Virus record (IMG/VR): IMGVR_UViG_3300013114_000098
DNA from: a virus
Reading direction: 5' to 3' (one strand)
DNA: 64,000 nucleotides
In this document: positions 38,692-48,494 of the stretch, piece by piece
Layout of the letters: each line of letters opens with the position of its first letter
How positions within the stretch are numbered: position 1 is the first letter of the stretch
Program-made: the position numbers and the translations under genes
The notes under the pieces: model-generated
The model's input: the letters and a program-made list of their open reading frames with translations, nothing else
What the model was told of the DNA's origin: nothing
Databases searched by the model: none

Positions 38692-39184
38692 TGCCTTTTT
38701 CCTTTTCTTTTTCTTTCTTAATTTTCATTAATTCTTTAATGAAACTGTTATTATATTCGTCACCGTAATGATCTTCTGCTTTAACTTTTTCAGCATCTTT
38801 ATACTCACCATCAGCTAAAACGCTTTTTACATCTTCACTTTGTGGTGGAATATTTTCATTTGGTTCGTGAGCGCCGTGTACTTTAAGTACGCCATCTGTT
38901 AATCCAAGCATATTACGGATATCATTTTGTATTTGCCAACCGCTGGCAATTCTATCCGTTTCAAATTCATGTGTATAAACTTCATATCCTTTGTGATTTG
39001 GGAAATCACGTGGAGCACTTTGTAAAATTGTTTTCTTGGCAGCACCGAGTCCTTTTGAGTCGTATTTACCGAGGTGCTTCTCAATGCGATCACATTGTTC
39101 ATCAGTTAAATCGTGTATTGTTTTAATACTAAATTTCCACGACTTATTCGATTCTTTTAAATATTCTGAAAATAGTTTTTTCAT
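38684..39184 (-). CDS. Putative capsid-targeted protein
   Basis: Leader MKKLFSEYLKE resembles the T4 capsid-targeting sequence. Confidence 0.55.
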   Translation of the reverse strand: MKKLFSEYLKESNKSWKFSIKTIHDLTDEQCDRIEKHLGKYDSKGLGAAKKTILQSAPRDFPNHKGYEVYTHEFETDRIASGWQIQNDIRNMLGLTDGVLKVHGAHEPNENIPPQSEDVKSVLADGEYKDAEKVKAEDHYGDEYNNSFIKELMKIKKEKEKEKGNE

Positions 39185-39205
39185 TGCGGTTCTCTCCTAT
39201 TAATA

Positions 39206-39748
39206 CTATTTATCTTTTTCGTCTAAATTTTTCATAATTTCTGCTAACATAGCAGTTCTATCGCCTACAATATGTCCTTCTGTGTCTACTTCATCACCAA
39301 TTTCATGTTTTTTGCCGGCTACATACGCATCAATCTTCTGACTATCCTTTTCAAGTCTAGCTTGACGCATTTGTAATTCAATCATTTTCATCTTTTTATC
39401 CATTTTAGCCTGCTTTGCTTGTAAAGCTGCCGCTATCATTTTTGCCGCACTATCAAATATAGGTGCCGCATGTCGATCTTCTACATTTTTACCCAAATCA
39501 ACTAAATCTTCAAATGTATCCATGGCTTTATTAGCATATGCATCCATTTCTCTATCAAGCTCTGCTAATCCTTCAACTGTTGGTAAAGCCGCTTGAGCTC
39601 TATCTACCATACTCATTTCTTTTTCTATAGTAGCAATTTCCTGTTTTGCTTCTTCAGTTGTGGGTTCTTTTGATTTTTCTTCTTCCTGTTCAGGAAGTAA
39701 TTCTTCTAAATCAGGTAAATTTAATTCTTCTTCTAATTTTTTTGTCAT
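39206..39748 (-). CDS. Putative terminase small subunit
   Basis: Helical, 180 aa, near terL and gp4; C-terminal GDRTAML. Confidence 0.5.
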   Translation of the reverse strand: MTKKLEEELNLPDLEELLPEQEEEKSKEPTTEEAKQEIATIEKEMSMVDRAQAALPTVEGLAELDREMDAYANKAMDTFEDLVDLGKNVEDRHAAPIFDSAAKMIAAALQAKQAKMDKKMKMIELQMRQARLEKDSQKIDAYVAGKKHEIGDEVDTEGHIVGDRTAMLAEIMKNLDEKDK

Positions 39749-40191
39749 TTTCTTTTCTTTTTAGAGTTTTGAGGTTTATTGAATATTTGTTTTTCAGTTA
39801 TAACCCTAAAACTCATGCCTTGTTGTTTACACCATGCATTTGCCGCTGCCCATTTAGCATGATTAACTACTGCTGACGCTTTTTGTTGTTGTGTTCTTGC
39901 TTCATTTAATGTTTGGCTCGCTGGTTTAATCTCAACCATTTCAGCGTGGTTTTGTCCTTTTTTATCCTTATACACTAATAATAAATCAGGAACATAAGTA
40001 GTTTTCCTTCCAGTAAGTGGATTTTTATAAGGTATTCTATGTGTTTCACTACCCCAACCTAATATAGCTGGATGATTATCACACATACGAAATACGGCTA
40101 ATTCCCACCCACTTCTGTAATGTGGTATTCTTTTACCTAAGTATTTATCAGGGTTAGTAAGGGTGTATTTTCCGCTTTGAAATTTAGGCAT
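39745..40191 (-). CDS. Head completion nuclease (T4 gp4-like, TnsA fold)
   Basis: NPDKY.G, YRSGWE, WGSE, YVPD, EIKP, NHAKW, ITE. Confidence 0.88.
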   Translation of the reverse strand: MPKFQSGKYTLTNPDKYLGKRIPHYRSGWELAVFRMCDNHPAILGWGSETHRIPYKNPLTGRKTTYVPDLLLVYKDKKGQNHAEMVEIKPASQTLNEARTQQQKASAVVNHAKWAAANAWCKQQGMSFRVITEKQIFNKPQNSKKKRK

Positions 40192-40193
40192 TT

Positions 40194-41171
40194 TTAATCC
40201 TTAAATAATTCAGGATTGTTTTCTTTTGATACCATATATTGTTGTCCGTCAAGTGTAACAATTTTATTTTCGCCCAATACAAATTTAGCATCTGTCACTT
40301 TATTTGCGTCTATAGCAATTGCGGCCATTTCTGCATCACGAGCCGCGGCATCTGTACTAGTTATACCTTGAGCTCTTATTATTTGTGCATCTTCTAAAAC
40401 TTGATAAGTTGGATATTTTATTAGCTCTGCTTTGTTTGATTCCATTTTTGTTGCACCATTTTCTAAAATATTCAGCATCTTTTCAGAAGTAGTTTCATAA
40501 GTACCAGATGTATCAGAAAACTCTTCTACATGATTTAATTCTTCTAAAGCATTCAGCATCTTTTCAGAAGTAGCTTCACGTTGAGTGATGTCACTAAGTA
40601 TTCTATATCCTTCATAATTAAATGACACTCTGAATACTGTAGGACTACTATCTGAATAGTCTAACGTATCAGCATCTGCGTTTGCAATAAATGGATGGAA
40701 AATTTCAATTTCGTTTGATAAAATGACTTTTTTGCCTTCTTTAGCATCAATTCTTTTAATAATCATTGATTTTATATAATGACCATCAGCTGGAACTTCA
40801 ATACCTTTTGCGCCAAGTAACCAACTAGCATAATCATCGTCATTCATTGGACCGGCAACATAATGCCTTGCGTAATCTTTTAGAAATTTTTCAAATTCAG
40901 CATCTTTATTATCATATGCTGTAAGTGTTATAGGAGTATAATCTATTCCTGTTTGGACTACATGTTTGTGATTATATCTGTTGATTGTTTGTGTTCTATA
41001 CACAAACGATGGCATTTGTACATTGGCTATACGTGTAAGATCAACTGATCCGACTATTGTGTTTAAACTGACTGTAAAGGAAAATTTATTCCTTGGAATA
41101 GCAGTCATCACACCTTTAGTAAGACCCTGTCGATAATTTACATATGCTTGATCACCTAAACCTAAAGACAT
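40194..41171 (-). CDS. Tail tube initiator/tube-like baseplate protein
   Basis: Tube-like N-terminal domain (MPSF...YTPITLT...LDYS); follows the tube gene. Confidence 0.65.
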   Translation of the reverse strand: MSLGLGDQAYVNYRQGLTKGVMTAIPRNKFSFTVSLNTIVGSVDLTRIANVQMPSFVYRTQTINRYNHKHVVQTGIDYTPITLTAYDNKDAEFEKFLKDYARHYVAGPMNDDDYASWLLGAKGIEVPADGHYIKSMIIKRIDAKEGKKVILSNEIEIFHPFIANADADTLDYSDSSPTVFRVSFNYEGYRILSDITQREATSEKMLNALEELNHVEEFSDTSGTYETTSEKMLNILENGATKMESNKAELIKYPTYQVLEDAQIIRAQGITSTDAAARDAEMAAIAIDANKVTDAKFVLGENKIVTLDGQQYMVSKENNPELFKD

Positions 41172-41190
41172 TACTGACCTCCTAGCCTAC

Positions 41191-41802
41191 TTAGCTAGTA
41201 GCACCAGTTTCGCCTGCGTCGCTACTTGCACTTCCGTCTGATAATACATCTTTAGTATCAACTTCGTGTGCCGCGTGATCGTAACGTAATGTTAATGTAA
41301 CTTGAACCATATTACTATCTGCGTAGTTTAAATCACCATATTGTATTCCACTAATAAAGCAACCCATTAGTGACCACTTATCAAATGTAGTTGGAGCATC
41401 TGCCGCTCCATTAGCACCATCTAATGTTTCAATAGTAGTTTCAAATTTATATGCACTTCCAGCAATAGAACTTGCTTGATCTGCATGATCAACTTGTTTA
41501 TTTAATTGTGCTCCTAATTGTTTGATAACATTTGAATTCATATCATCACGGAATACAATTGTTACTGGTTCCCAGGTATGTTTACCTGCTAGATACATTT
41601 TTGAGTTGTAAGAATCAACTACAACTTCTTCATGTGTTAAATTTGGGCGTGAAGCACTAATAACGTTCTGTGTCATTTCAGATTTTAGCGTTCCATCACC
41701 AATATTGTTGAAGCTCACCCTAAAACGATATTGCAGTTTAGGCATCAAAGTCGTGCCAGCTGAACTGTCTGTTGGGACTCCAAAATTTGTAATTACAGCC
41801 AT
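41191..41802 (-). CDS. Tail tube protein (gp19-like)
   Basis: PKLQYRFRV, GKHTWEP, LTLRYD; follows the sheath gene. Confidence 0.88.
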   Translation of the reverse strand: MAVITNFGVPTDSSAGTTLMPKLQYRFRVSFNNIGDGTLKSEMTQNVISASRPNLTHEEVVVDSYNSKMYLAGKHTWEPVTIVFRDDMNSNVIKQLGAQLNKQVDHADQASSIAGSAYKFETTIETLDGANGAADAPTTFDKWSLMGCFISGIQYGDLNYADSNMVQVTLTLRYDHAAHEVDTKDVLSDGSASSDAGETGATS

Positions 41803-41898
41803 TTGTTTTTCTCCTATAATACTATATTGTAGTATTCTGTTATATTGTATTTATCAAATCAATGATGAAAATTAACAATCTCCCAAATTTACCACATT

Positions 41899-41930
41899 AA
41901 AGGCTACTATATCTCTATAGTAGCCCTTTT
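41899..41930 (-). terminator. Terminator after the sheath gene
   Basis: ggctactata...tatagtagcc stem. Confidence 0.7.
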
Positions 41931-41951
41931 ATGTATAATTAAATTAAAATA

Positions 41952-44399
41952 TTAAGCTAATTCGCCAGTATTTACAATTCTAATTGGAATGTAAATGAAT
42001 TCTGCTGATTTAGTTGGCTCAATTGCCACATCAACATAAAATTCATTAGCATCTATTCTTGCCGCTGTATTGTTTGTTTCATCACATACAACTGCAAAGT
42101 CGTAAACACCACGTTGTTGCATAATATTTGATAAAAATCCATCAAATGTTGCTTTAGCGTTTGCACGAGTTCCTGCGTCATTAGTTTCAAATAAGTAAGG
42201 TCTTGCAATAACTGCAAAACGTTCTCTTAAATAAGCCGTAAGTCTTGCAACGTTAACTCTGTCTAATGCTGATGCTGAGGCGTGCATTGACTTTTGTCCA
42301 AATACTACAACGCCATCTGAAGGGAATTTAGCAATTGGATTAAGTTTTTGTGCATACATTGCATCTCTAGATCCTTGAGTTAATGATAGTTTAACAAACT
42401 CATTTTCAGTATTCAAATAACCAACGTTAGTTGCATTTTGTACAACACCACGTGTTAAGCCTGCTGGTGCAAACCATTGGTATGATGCATTATCGCTGTA
42501 AGCATATGTATACAATGCTATGTGTGATGCTGGTGCAACAACATTATCACCCGTTGCTGGGTTAGTTGTTAATGCATGTGGATAATAAACAGCACTATAA
42601 GTATTTGCTGTTACTAGTCCAACTTCACCATTTTCTGTTGCAGTTGTACCTTGTTTCCAAGCTACTGCTTCAGTTGCATTTAAACGGAATGGAGCGTCAA
42701 CAATAATAAATGCTGTTTCGTCTCTGTCTGCGTTTAATGTTACCATTTCATCATATAACTCTGTATAACTTGGAGCCGCAATTAAACGGAATGCTACAGT
42801 ATCTTCACGTAGTTCTGCAACTGCCGCTGATGCCTGCATAGCTGTTGTAACAACTCTACGCTGACCTAATCTACCAAATGAACCTGAGCCATTTGCTTGA
42901 TTACTAGCTTTGTTACGCCATTTCCAAGTTGTTGATAATGTTGAATCATATTCTCTAACAGTTCCGCCTGAACGACACATATTAATACCTGTCATTCCTA
43001 CTGGATGTGTAAGTGGATTTGGAGCACCTGCTAATAGAGTTGCTTCAAACGTGTCTGCAGTTGTATCATTAGCTGTAATATCGCCAAATGTAACACCTGC
43101 CGCTGTAGTTTGATCTGCGTTGTCTTTAACAACCCATGCTGTACCGTTATGTCTGTAAATTACAGGATAACCACTTGCATCTGTATCAACCCAATAGTCG
43201 CCGTCTGCTAATGCCGCACCGCCAGTATCTGTAGTTGGTGCTGTTGTTGTGTATTGTACATCTGCGGCTCTTTTCCATTTTTGTACTCCTGAATCAGCTT
43301 CTACTTCGTAGACTGCTAATTCGTTTACATCTGGATCATACCAAAGTGTACCAGTTACTGGTGCACCAGATGGTTGTGTTGTCGAAACTGACATTACAAA
43401 ACCGCCTGTTGCTACTGTGGCATCTGTTGCAATATTGTCCCAATCAGATTGTACACTATCATAACGTTTTAATACAATTTTACCACTTGTACCGTTTTGT
43501 GCATCATGGTCTAACCAAATGTCTCCATCTGAGAAAGAACGTGCTGTTGCTAATGTTCCGTCAGCAAATACGTCTGCTGTAGTTCCTGCTGGTGTACCGT
43601 TTTGTGCATATACAGGAGCTTTCTTTACGAATGCACCTGCTACGTCTGTAAATAATTGTGGGTCAATTACAAATCCGCCTGGAGTTGTAGTTTTAATCCA
43701 AACATCACCACCTGTTGGTGAAGTTGGTGCTGTATAATGTGCTGACCAGTTAACATCGTCTGAGAACCCATTGTCTAATAGATCCCAAGCACCTGATACA
43801 CCTTTATAATAATAAAATGCTGTTTCAGTTGCACTGTTAACTATTTCAACTAGGTAATTGCCGTTAACTACTGTGGCCGTTGCCGCGCCTGCTGTAGTTA
43901 CAACTTCAACTGTTGGAGTTTTTTCTAACCAAGCACCGTTAGTATATTCGTTTATACCAAATGTAGCACCTGTTGGATTTATCCAATATGTGTTATTTGC
44001 AGGGTCACCTGTTGGTGCCGCTGACTGAGGTCTAAGTTGTGATAAGTTCACGTCAGCACGTACTATGTACGCCGCTGCACTTTGACCTAAAAATGAATAT
44101 GCTGCCAATAATCCGTATTCATTTGTTTCGTCACCTTGTTGAACTGTACCACCTACTTTATGAAAATCGCAATTTCCAAAGTATTGTGTTAGTTCACGTT
44201 GTGAAGTAACTAGAATAGGTTTGTTTGAATTCGCAGACTTCGTATATTTTGCAATGCCGTCTGATTCAGTTAGGGTTGGATCAACCTTGTCCTCACCAGT
44301 AGCAATGAATAACATAGGAACTGTACCCGCTCCGCCAGGACCGTATACTGATTCGTCTGTTACTGAAACCTGTACGCCAGGTGAAGTAAGATTTGCCAT
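41952..44399 (-). CDS. Tail sheath protein (gp18-like)
   Basis: SPGVQV..DES, WFAPAG..RG, LNPI, GQKS, RVNVARL, CDETNN, PTKSAEFI. Confidence 0.95.
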   Translation of the reverse strand: MANLTSPGVQVSVTDESVYGPGGAGTVPMLFIATGEDKVDPTLTESDGIAKYTKSANSNKPILVTSQRELTQYFGNCDFHKVGGTVQQGDETNEYGLLAAYSFLGQSAAAYIVRADVNLSQLRPQSAAPTGDPANNTYWINPTGATFGINEYTNGAWLEKTPTVEVVTTAGAATATVVNGNYLVEIVNSATETAFYYYKGVSGAWDLLDNGFSDDVNWSAHYTAPTSPTGGDVWIKTTTPGGFVIDPQLFTDVAGAFVKKAPVYAQNGTPAGTTADVFADGTLATARSFSDGDIWLDHDAQNGTSGKIVLKRYDSVQSDWDNIATDATVATGGFVMSVSTTQPSGAPVTGTLWYDPDVNELAVYEVEADSGVQKWKRAADVQYTTTAPTTDTGGAALADGDYWVDTDASGYPVIYRHNGTAWVVKDNADQTTAAGVTFGDITANDTTADTFEATLLAGAPNPLTHPVGMTGINMCRSGGTVREYDSTLSTTWKWRNKASNQANGSGSFGRLGQRRVVTTAMQASAAVAELREDTVAFRLIAAPSYTELYDEMVTLNADRDETAFIIVDAPFRLNATEAVAWKQGTTATENGEVGLVTANTYSAVYYPHALTTNPATGDNVVAPASHIALYTYAYSDNASYQWFAPAGLTRGVVQNATNVGYLNTENEFVKLSLTQGSRDAMYAQKLNPIAKFPSDGVVVFGQKSMHASASALDRVNVARLTAYLRERFAVIARPYLFETNDAGTRANAKATFDGFLSNIMQQRGVYDFAVVCDETNNTAARIDANEFYVDVAIEPTKSAEFIYIPIRIVNTGELA

Positions 44400-44491
44400 G
44401 TTAAGCTCCTTTTCTGATATAGACTAATGCCTAAATTTACTATATATGTATTTATTTAGATTTGTTTAAATCAGCGGTTTATAGAGTTAAC

Positions 44492-46711
44492 TTAGTTGTT
44501 AATATGGCCTATATTTATCAAAAGTTGCTCAAAACTTTCAATAATGCACCTTTCGAATCCTTTGCCCCAAAGCCCATGAACAATCATATGAATTCTATTT
44601 TCTGTTCCATTATGAAGCACTGAATGTTTTCTTCCTATATCAATGCCACGTACCTCTCCTGGTTGCCATGGAATTAGTCCAGCATCTTCTAATGCAAACT
44701 GTACTCCTGGTGGATTACTTAACGAAACATTAAAAGCCGCTATGCTTCTTGTGTCAAAATCTTGATGTGGTTTAATATACCCGCCTGGTTCTATTAACAT
44801 AAACCTAACTCTGTGAAATTCATCAAATGGAAATTTATTTTTTAACCAATCTACTGTAACTGGACAATCTTTTGCTATACTTGTCCAATCATATGGAGCA
44901 CTATTTTCTTTGGTATCAATTCCTTCTTCTATATAATAATTTGCAGGTTGTGTTCTATCTACATCTTGTCCATGAATTACAATACTGCTCCAGCCTGGAT
45001 TCCAACCTCCTCTATGTTTAACATATCGTCCTAAAAATTGTTCTGCTTCTGCTGTCATTTCTTTATATGGTACTGGAATATTTAAAAGTAAACTTGGAGT
45101 ATTGCTATGATGAACAATCCAGTCACAATATTGTGGTATTAAACTATTATCTTCTTTCCATTTTTTAAACTTCTCATCAGGAAGTTTTAAATCTTGATAG
45201 TGTGTTTTTTCACAACATTTATTAATAAACTGTTTTACTATCTTTAAATTACGTATATAAAGTTTATTGTCTACTTGTTCTGTTTTAGCATTTTTATTCC
45301 ACTTTAATAGCTTCATTGGATTTGTTTCTGGAATATCAGAAAATTTAACTATTTCACAATCGTCTATCCAATTTAGCATAGGAGTACATTGACCTGCGCC
45401 ACGTGCCGCATATACTAATATATTATTATTTTTTGATACTTCTTTTAATTGAATTAAAATATCATTACACAATTGCCATCTTTGCTGTAGGCTATAATAA
45501 AATGATGTAGGCATATAATGAAATATATTACTTAAATGTAAATAAGTAACTTTATCTTGTGTTAAATCGTTTGTTATGTCTTCAAAATGCTCTGGGTTAA
45601 GAATATCTATATTTCTATAATGAACATTTATATGAGGAAGTATTTCATTTACCCATCTTTGAAATCCTTCTAATTCTTTTATAACTCTATCAGCATCTTC
45701 TATTTTATTATAACCTCTCCATTCAACAGAATTATCCTTTAGCATTTCTTTAGCAAAATTAAAATAATCACTACCGTCCCATTCTTTTATTATCTTTTTT
45801 GTAAATTTAAGGGCAGTTCTTGAACAATCATACGCAACAATAGTATCATTTTTTTGTAAATTTAATTTAAATGCAAATATAAGTGTACTAAGTCCAGCGG
45901 CAGGTGTTATTATTTGCTGAAACTTTTTATCCCATTTAGGAAAAGTATGTTCACTTCTGTAATCAATTAGCTCTTCTAAATTAGGTAATGTTTCAGTATT
46001 AGCAATGAAAAATACATCTGTTTCTAATTGTTCTAAAAGTTCGCCACGATGTCTAGGACCATCATCATCAACTTCTGCATATGCATAATATTTTGTTACT
46101 CTTACTTTTTTAGGCCAAGACATGATTGTTTGACCATCTTCTATTAATGCTCTTACTAAATTCCAGCCTTCTCTTTTTCCTGAATATGTTCTTAATTGTT
46201 TGCCTGGTGCTACCCAATGAGGAGTATATTCATCATGATGATTTTCTTTACTACGAATAGGTTCTATTGTTTCAAATGATTCAGGGTCCCATTCACCCCA
46301 TTCGGGAAATCCAGCATCAGCCCACCAATTAAGATCAATTAAAAATGTTTGTGGATGAATTCTATAATAAGTTTCATTATGATCTAGTATGTGCCCAACA
46401 AACTTAGCATCACTATTATCATTATAAAACTTTATAAATTCAGTGTGAAATTTATCATCACGAGGCATACATCCTTGTTTGAAAACAAGTATTTTTGAAA
46501 ACCCATTATTGTATGCTTGTTTTAATAAATCAGATATAGTATCACTAGCAAAAGATTGCCAAATAAAATTAGACATTTCAACTGACCAATAGTCAGTTAA
46601 ATTTCTTGTATAACCTTTAGCAAAGTCATCTTTAATGTCATTATTATATAACCAACCTAATGTTAATTCTTTTGATTTATTTTTGGATTGCCACCATTCT
46701 TCATTAAACAT
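44492..46711 (-). CDS. Multidomain enzyme with C-terminal Asp/Asn beta-hydroxylase-like 2OG-Fe(II) domain
   Basis: C-terminal RVRFM..PGGYIKPHQD...KHSV...RIH. Central Rossmann-like PAAG/VAYD/HLSNIF region. Confidence 0.65.
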   Translation of the reverse strand: MFNEEWWQSKNKSKELTLGWLYNNDIKDDFAKGYTRNLTDYWSVEMSNFIWQSFASDTISDLLKQAYNNGFSKILVFKQGCMPRDDKFHTEFIKFYNDNSDAKFVGHILDHNETYYRIHPQTFLIDLNWWADAGFPEWGEWDPESFETIEPIRSKENHHDEYTPHWVAPGKQLRTYSGKREGWNLVRALIEDGQTIMSWPKKVRVTKYYAYAEVDDDGPRHRGELLEQLETDVFFIANTETLPNLEELIDYRSEHTFPKWDKKFQQIITPAAGLSTLIFAFKLNLQKNDTIVAYDCSRTALKFTKKIIKEWDGSDYFNFAKEMLKDNSVEWRGYNKIEDADRVIKELEGFQRWVNEILPHINVHYRNIDILNPEHFEDITNDLTQDKVTYLHLSNIFHYMPTSFYYSLQQRWQLCNDILIQLKEVSKNNNILVYAARGAGQCTPMLNWIDDCEIVKFSDIPETNPMKLLKWNKNAKTEQVDNKLYIRNLKIVKQFINKCCEKTHYQDLKLPDEKFKKWKEDNSLIPQYCDWIVHHSNTPSLLLNIPVPYKEMTAEAEQFLGRYVKHRGGWNPGWSSIVIHGQDVDRTQPANYYIEEGIDTKENSAPYDWTSIAKDCPVTVDWLKNKFPFDEFHRVRFMLIEPGGYIKPHQDFDTRSIAAFNVSLSNPPGVQFALEDAGLIPWQPGEVRGIDIGRKHSVLHNGTENRIHMIVHGLWGKGFERCIIESFEQLLINIGHINN

Positions 46712-46739
46712 ATAATGTCCTTTACAACAGTATATATAT

Positions 46740-47381
46740 TTATCTGACTATTTTGTCTAGGGTATGTTTTCTGAGTTCTTCAAGTGTAGATGTGTTTAAA
46801 AGTTCAATATCAAATTTCCAGCCTGCCCAACTCCATTCACTTTTGTGTACTTCTGGATGTCTAGCCTTCATTCCATCTACAATATGCATTGGCTTTTTTG
46901 AAACTTTTGCTTCATTAAGAATAGATGCGTTGTTCCACCATTCTGGTTTATCATATCGCCATACAACTGCTGTTTTTCCGCCGAGATTTTTAATAGCTTG
47001 AAGTTCATTAAAAAATCTGCAATCACTTATAACAACACTTTTTTCTGTACTTACAATTTGACGTTCACAAGCGGCAACCCATATATCAGGATGAAAGTGC
47101 GTTCTTAATGCATCTGTACCTACTTGTTGTAATGCAAGACGTGGAGTAAAATTTGGAATTTTTAAACGAGTGGCCCACCATTCATCAACTGTTTCTCTCC
47201 ATACTCTGCCTTCTGCGGTGTTGCCTTCTAATAGTATTCTATCCCATCCAAATATATTAGCACATGCATCTTTTAATACACCTGCAAAACTAACTCTTTC
47301 AAATCCTTCTTCAATTAAGAATCCTGCCGCTGTATCTTTTCCGTGCCCTATAAGTCCACATATACCAATTATTTGTTTCAT
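46740..47381 (-). CDS. Deoxynucleoside monophosphate kinase (gp1-like)
   Basis: GLIGHGKDT, SFA..LK, TPR..LQ..GT, SDCRF.NE, HKSE. Confidence 0.92.
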   Translation of the reverse strand: MKQIIGICGLIGHGKDTAAGFLIEEGFERVSFAGVLKDACANIFGWDRILLEGNTAEGRVWRETVDEWWATRLKIPNFTPRLALQQVGTDALRTHFHPDIWVAACERQIVSTEKSVVISDCRFFNELQAIKNLGGKTAVVWRYDKPEWWNNASILNEAKVSKKPMHIVDGMKARHPEVHKSEWSWAGWKFDIELLNTSTLEELRKHTLDKIVR

Positions 47382-47387
47382 GTACGT

Positions 47388-47416
47388 ATTATACTAAATT
47401 ATTACTAAAGTGTCAA
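47388..47416 (-). promoter_or_regulatory. Sigma70 promoter, probably giving a leaderless mRNA
   Basis: Perfect TTGACA-N17-TATAAT, 6 nt before the ATG at 47381. Confidence 0.8.
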
Positions 47417-47721
47417 GTTCTTCTTTTGCTTAGATTCTGCATATGTTGTAATAGTTGTTCCCAAGTAACTTCCTTTTTTGGTTTTTTAAAGCCTTCAGGA
47501 TTAATTTTTTTAAACTTAAGATTATAAGTTTTAGGTTTAGGTTGGTCAGGTTGTGTACATTGTTTACATCTACAATGATCACAAACTTTTATTTCTCTAT
47601 ACTCACCGCCATCTACTTCATAGTCTTGTTCTGTAACATAACGAGGATTGCCGCAGTGAGAACCTGTGCCACAATTTTGACAATAGGTGTTAGAAAATGA
47701 GTGAATTGTGTTTGGGTACAT
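47413..47721 (-). CDS. Cys-rich zinc-binding small protein
   Basis: CQNCG..SHCG ... VCDHCRCKQC. Confidence 0.6.
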   Translation of the reverse strand: MYPNTIHSFSNTYCQNCGTGSHCGNPRYVTEQDYEVDGGEYREIKVCDHCRCKQCTQPDQPKPKTYNLKFKKINPEGFKKPKKEVTWEQLLQHMQNLSKRRT

Positions 47722-47722
47722 A

Positions 47723-48460
47723 TTATCCGATTACAAAACCAAGTCCAACACTTCCGTCATTGTATAATGTTAATTCTGTTTCTAAGTTAGTGATGTCGGT
47801 CATAGCGTCTTGACGTAATTGATCTGCATTCATTGTAGTTCCGCCTTGTGGCCCTGCAATTTGTGTAAACTTACCACGTGCTTCTGCCAACATTAATTTA
47901 GCATGTGCGAACGCATAATCCTTTATCCAAGGACCAGCGTAAGTATCTGCTAATAAACTCTCAGTTGGTCTGTAATTATAACAATGCAAAACTGCATTAT
48001 CATCTGCTTTAATTTTTCTTTGTAGGATTAATCTCTTATCTTGTGGGCGCCAAGTAAATAAAAGTTCAGCACCAAATAGTCTACCCATTGCTTCTCTATT
48101 TTGCTGTAAGAAATCAAAAGATGTTAATCCACCAGATCTAGTGCTACCTAAAAGGTATGTATTAAGATATGCGGCTTGAAACGGTTCTATGTCATTTCCT
48201 GTTCCACTACTTACACCAGTTGTACGTCTATAAATATCTCTTACTTCCATTACTTCTTCTGGTAATGTATATTCATTTTGACCTTCTAATATTTCTAAAA
48301 TAATGAAACTTTCTTCTACTGCATTTTCTGCACGTTGTCTATATTTTTGAAGTGCTTTATCAGCGGCAAGTTCATAATGTTCTGGATCGAGTTCGACATC
48401 GATCATTCCGCCGCCTAGGCGTAGTTCTATTTCTTTTTGAAGTTTATTCAATTGAGCCAT
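47723..48460 (-). CDS. Neck protein (gp13-like)
   Basis: LRLGGGMIDVELD, WIKDYA.A..K..L..ARGKF, GPQGG. Confidence 0.85.
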   Translation of the reverse strand: MAQLNKLQKEIELRLGGGMIDVELDPEHYELAADKALQKYRQRAENAVEESFIILEILEGQNEYTLPEEVMEVRDIYRRTTGVSSGTGNDIEPFQAAYLNTYLLGSTRSGGLTSFDFLQQNREAMGRLFGAELLFTWRPQDKRLILQRKIKADDNAVLHCYNYRPTESLLADTYAGPWIKDYAFAHAKLMLAEARGKFTQIAGPQGGTTMNADQLRQDAMTDITNLETELTLYNDGSVGLGFVIG

Positions 48461-48494
48461 TATTTAATTCTCCTACTATGTATTTATCACAGTA

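Noticed and set aside
39745-40191. TnsA-like nuclease as a transposon
   Set aside because: Size, motifs and context match the T4 gp4 head-completion protein; no TnsB or terminal repeats.
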